DNA of 64,000 nucleotides from Negaprion brevirostris (lineage: Eukaryota). Every line of letters begins with the position of its first letter. The first letter of the stretch is position 1. Made by a program: the position numbers and the translations under genes. Positions 63,821 to 64,000 of the stretch are shown here, one piece after another. The notes beneath the pieces were generated by a model. That model was given only the letters and a program-made list of their open reading frames with translations, searched no databases and was not told the origin of the DNA. The DNA is taken from assembly GCA_030324005.1 (NCBI GenBank), contig JARDVH010000031.1:38349680-38413679 (forward strand). Reading direction: 5' to 3'.

Positions 63821-63954
63821 GTCAGTGCCATGTTAGTTGTATGGTACCTTCCATTTCAAACTTTTTACCAATTGCAAATAAATTCAGATTCCTTGTCATG
63901 CATCATAGAGCTCATAGCAGTGATATATTGAAGAGATCTTTTTCTCCTTCATAG

Positions 63955-64000
63955 AACCAGCCAAAATCACAGAACAAGCGCAGTCAATCAGTGTGACTGC
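63955..64000 (+). CDS. TTN: Super-repeat 6, domain D (partial, runs off the window)
   Basis: catag|AA CCA GCC AAA ATC ACA GAA = EPAKITEQAQSISVT. Confidence 0.9.

Larger units (their letters stand above)
7279..64000 (+). other. TTN: Titin (connectin) gene, internal I-band portion; the gene extends beyond both window ends
   Basis: Over 40 phase-1 exons encoding I-set Ig domains in the order known for vertebrate titin (I15, Novex, N2B, I27, I28-29, 6-Ig super-repeats). Diagnostic peptides include QFEDTYQLEVAEAYPEDEG, EDHQGEYVCEALNEAGKATTSAKLTV and LECHVDEDTAVKVSW. Confidence 0.98.

Noticed and set aside
37215-64000. Reading the periodic exon array as separate Ig genes, antibody segments or a CRISPR-like array
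   Set aside because: All are phase-1 I-set exons of titin; no RSS motifs or repeat-spacer structure was seen. ORF-track starts and stops are intronic overhangs.

Overview
Vertebrate genomic DNA, not prokaryotic. HE1-type V-SINEs, CR1/HER1 LINEs and Penelope repeats point to a shark or other elasmobranch. The whole window lies inside the I-band part of the titin/connectin gene (TTN) on the + strand. In order it contains: the last proximal Ig exon (I15-like), a decayed Novex-1 relic, a Novex-2 exon with two Ig domains, an extra Ig cassette exon, the 48-nt exon-47 equivalent, a Novex-3 terminal region split by a short intron, a long N2B exon, the I27 and I28-I29 exons, and five complete plus one partial six-Ig super-repeats. 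All exon boundaries were read by eye from AG/GT sites and are phase 1. Introns carry CR1, HE1 SINE, Harbinger and Penelope remnants, including hammerhead-ribozyme cores. Main observations: a hidden ~74-codon periodicity in the N2B 'unique' spring, a ~100-aa repeat array and an intron inside Novex-3, a rearranged Novex exon set, an expanded 6-Ig super-repeat array with position-specific weak splice sites, and a TSD-bounded Penelope inverted-repeat insertion carrying apparent genomic cargo. Comparisons with human titin are from memory and need alignment. Several N gaps limit certainty.
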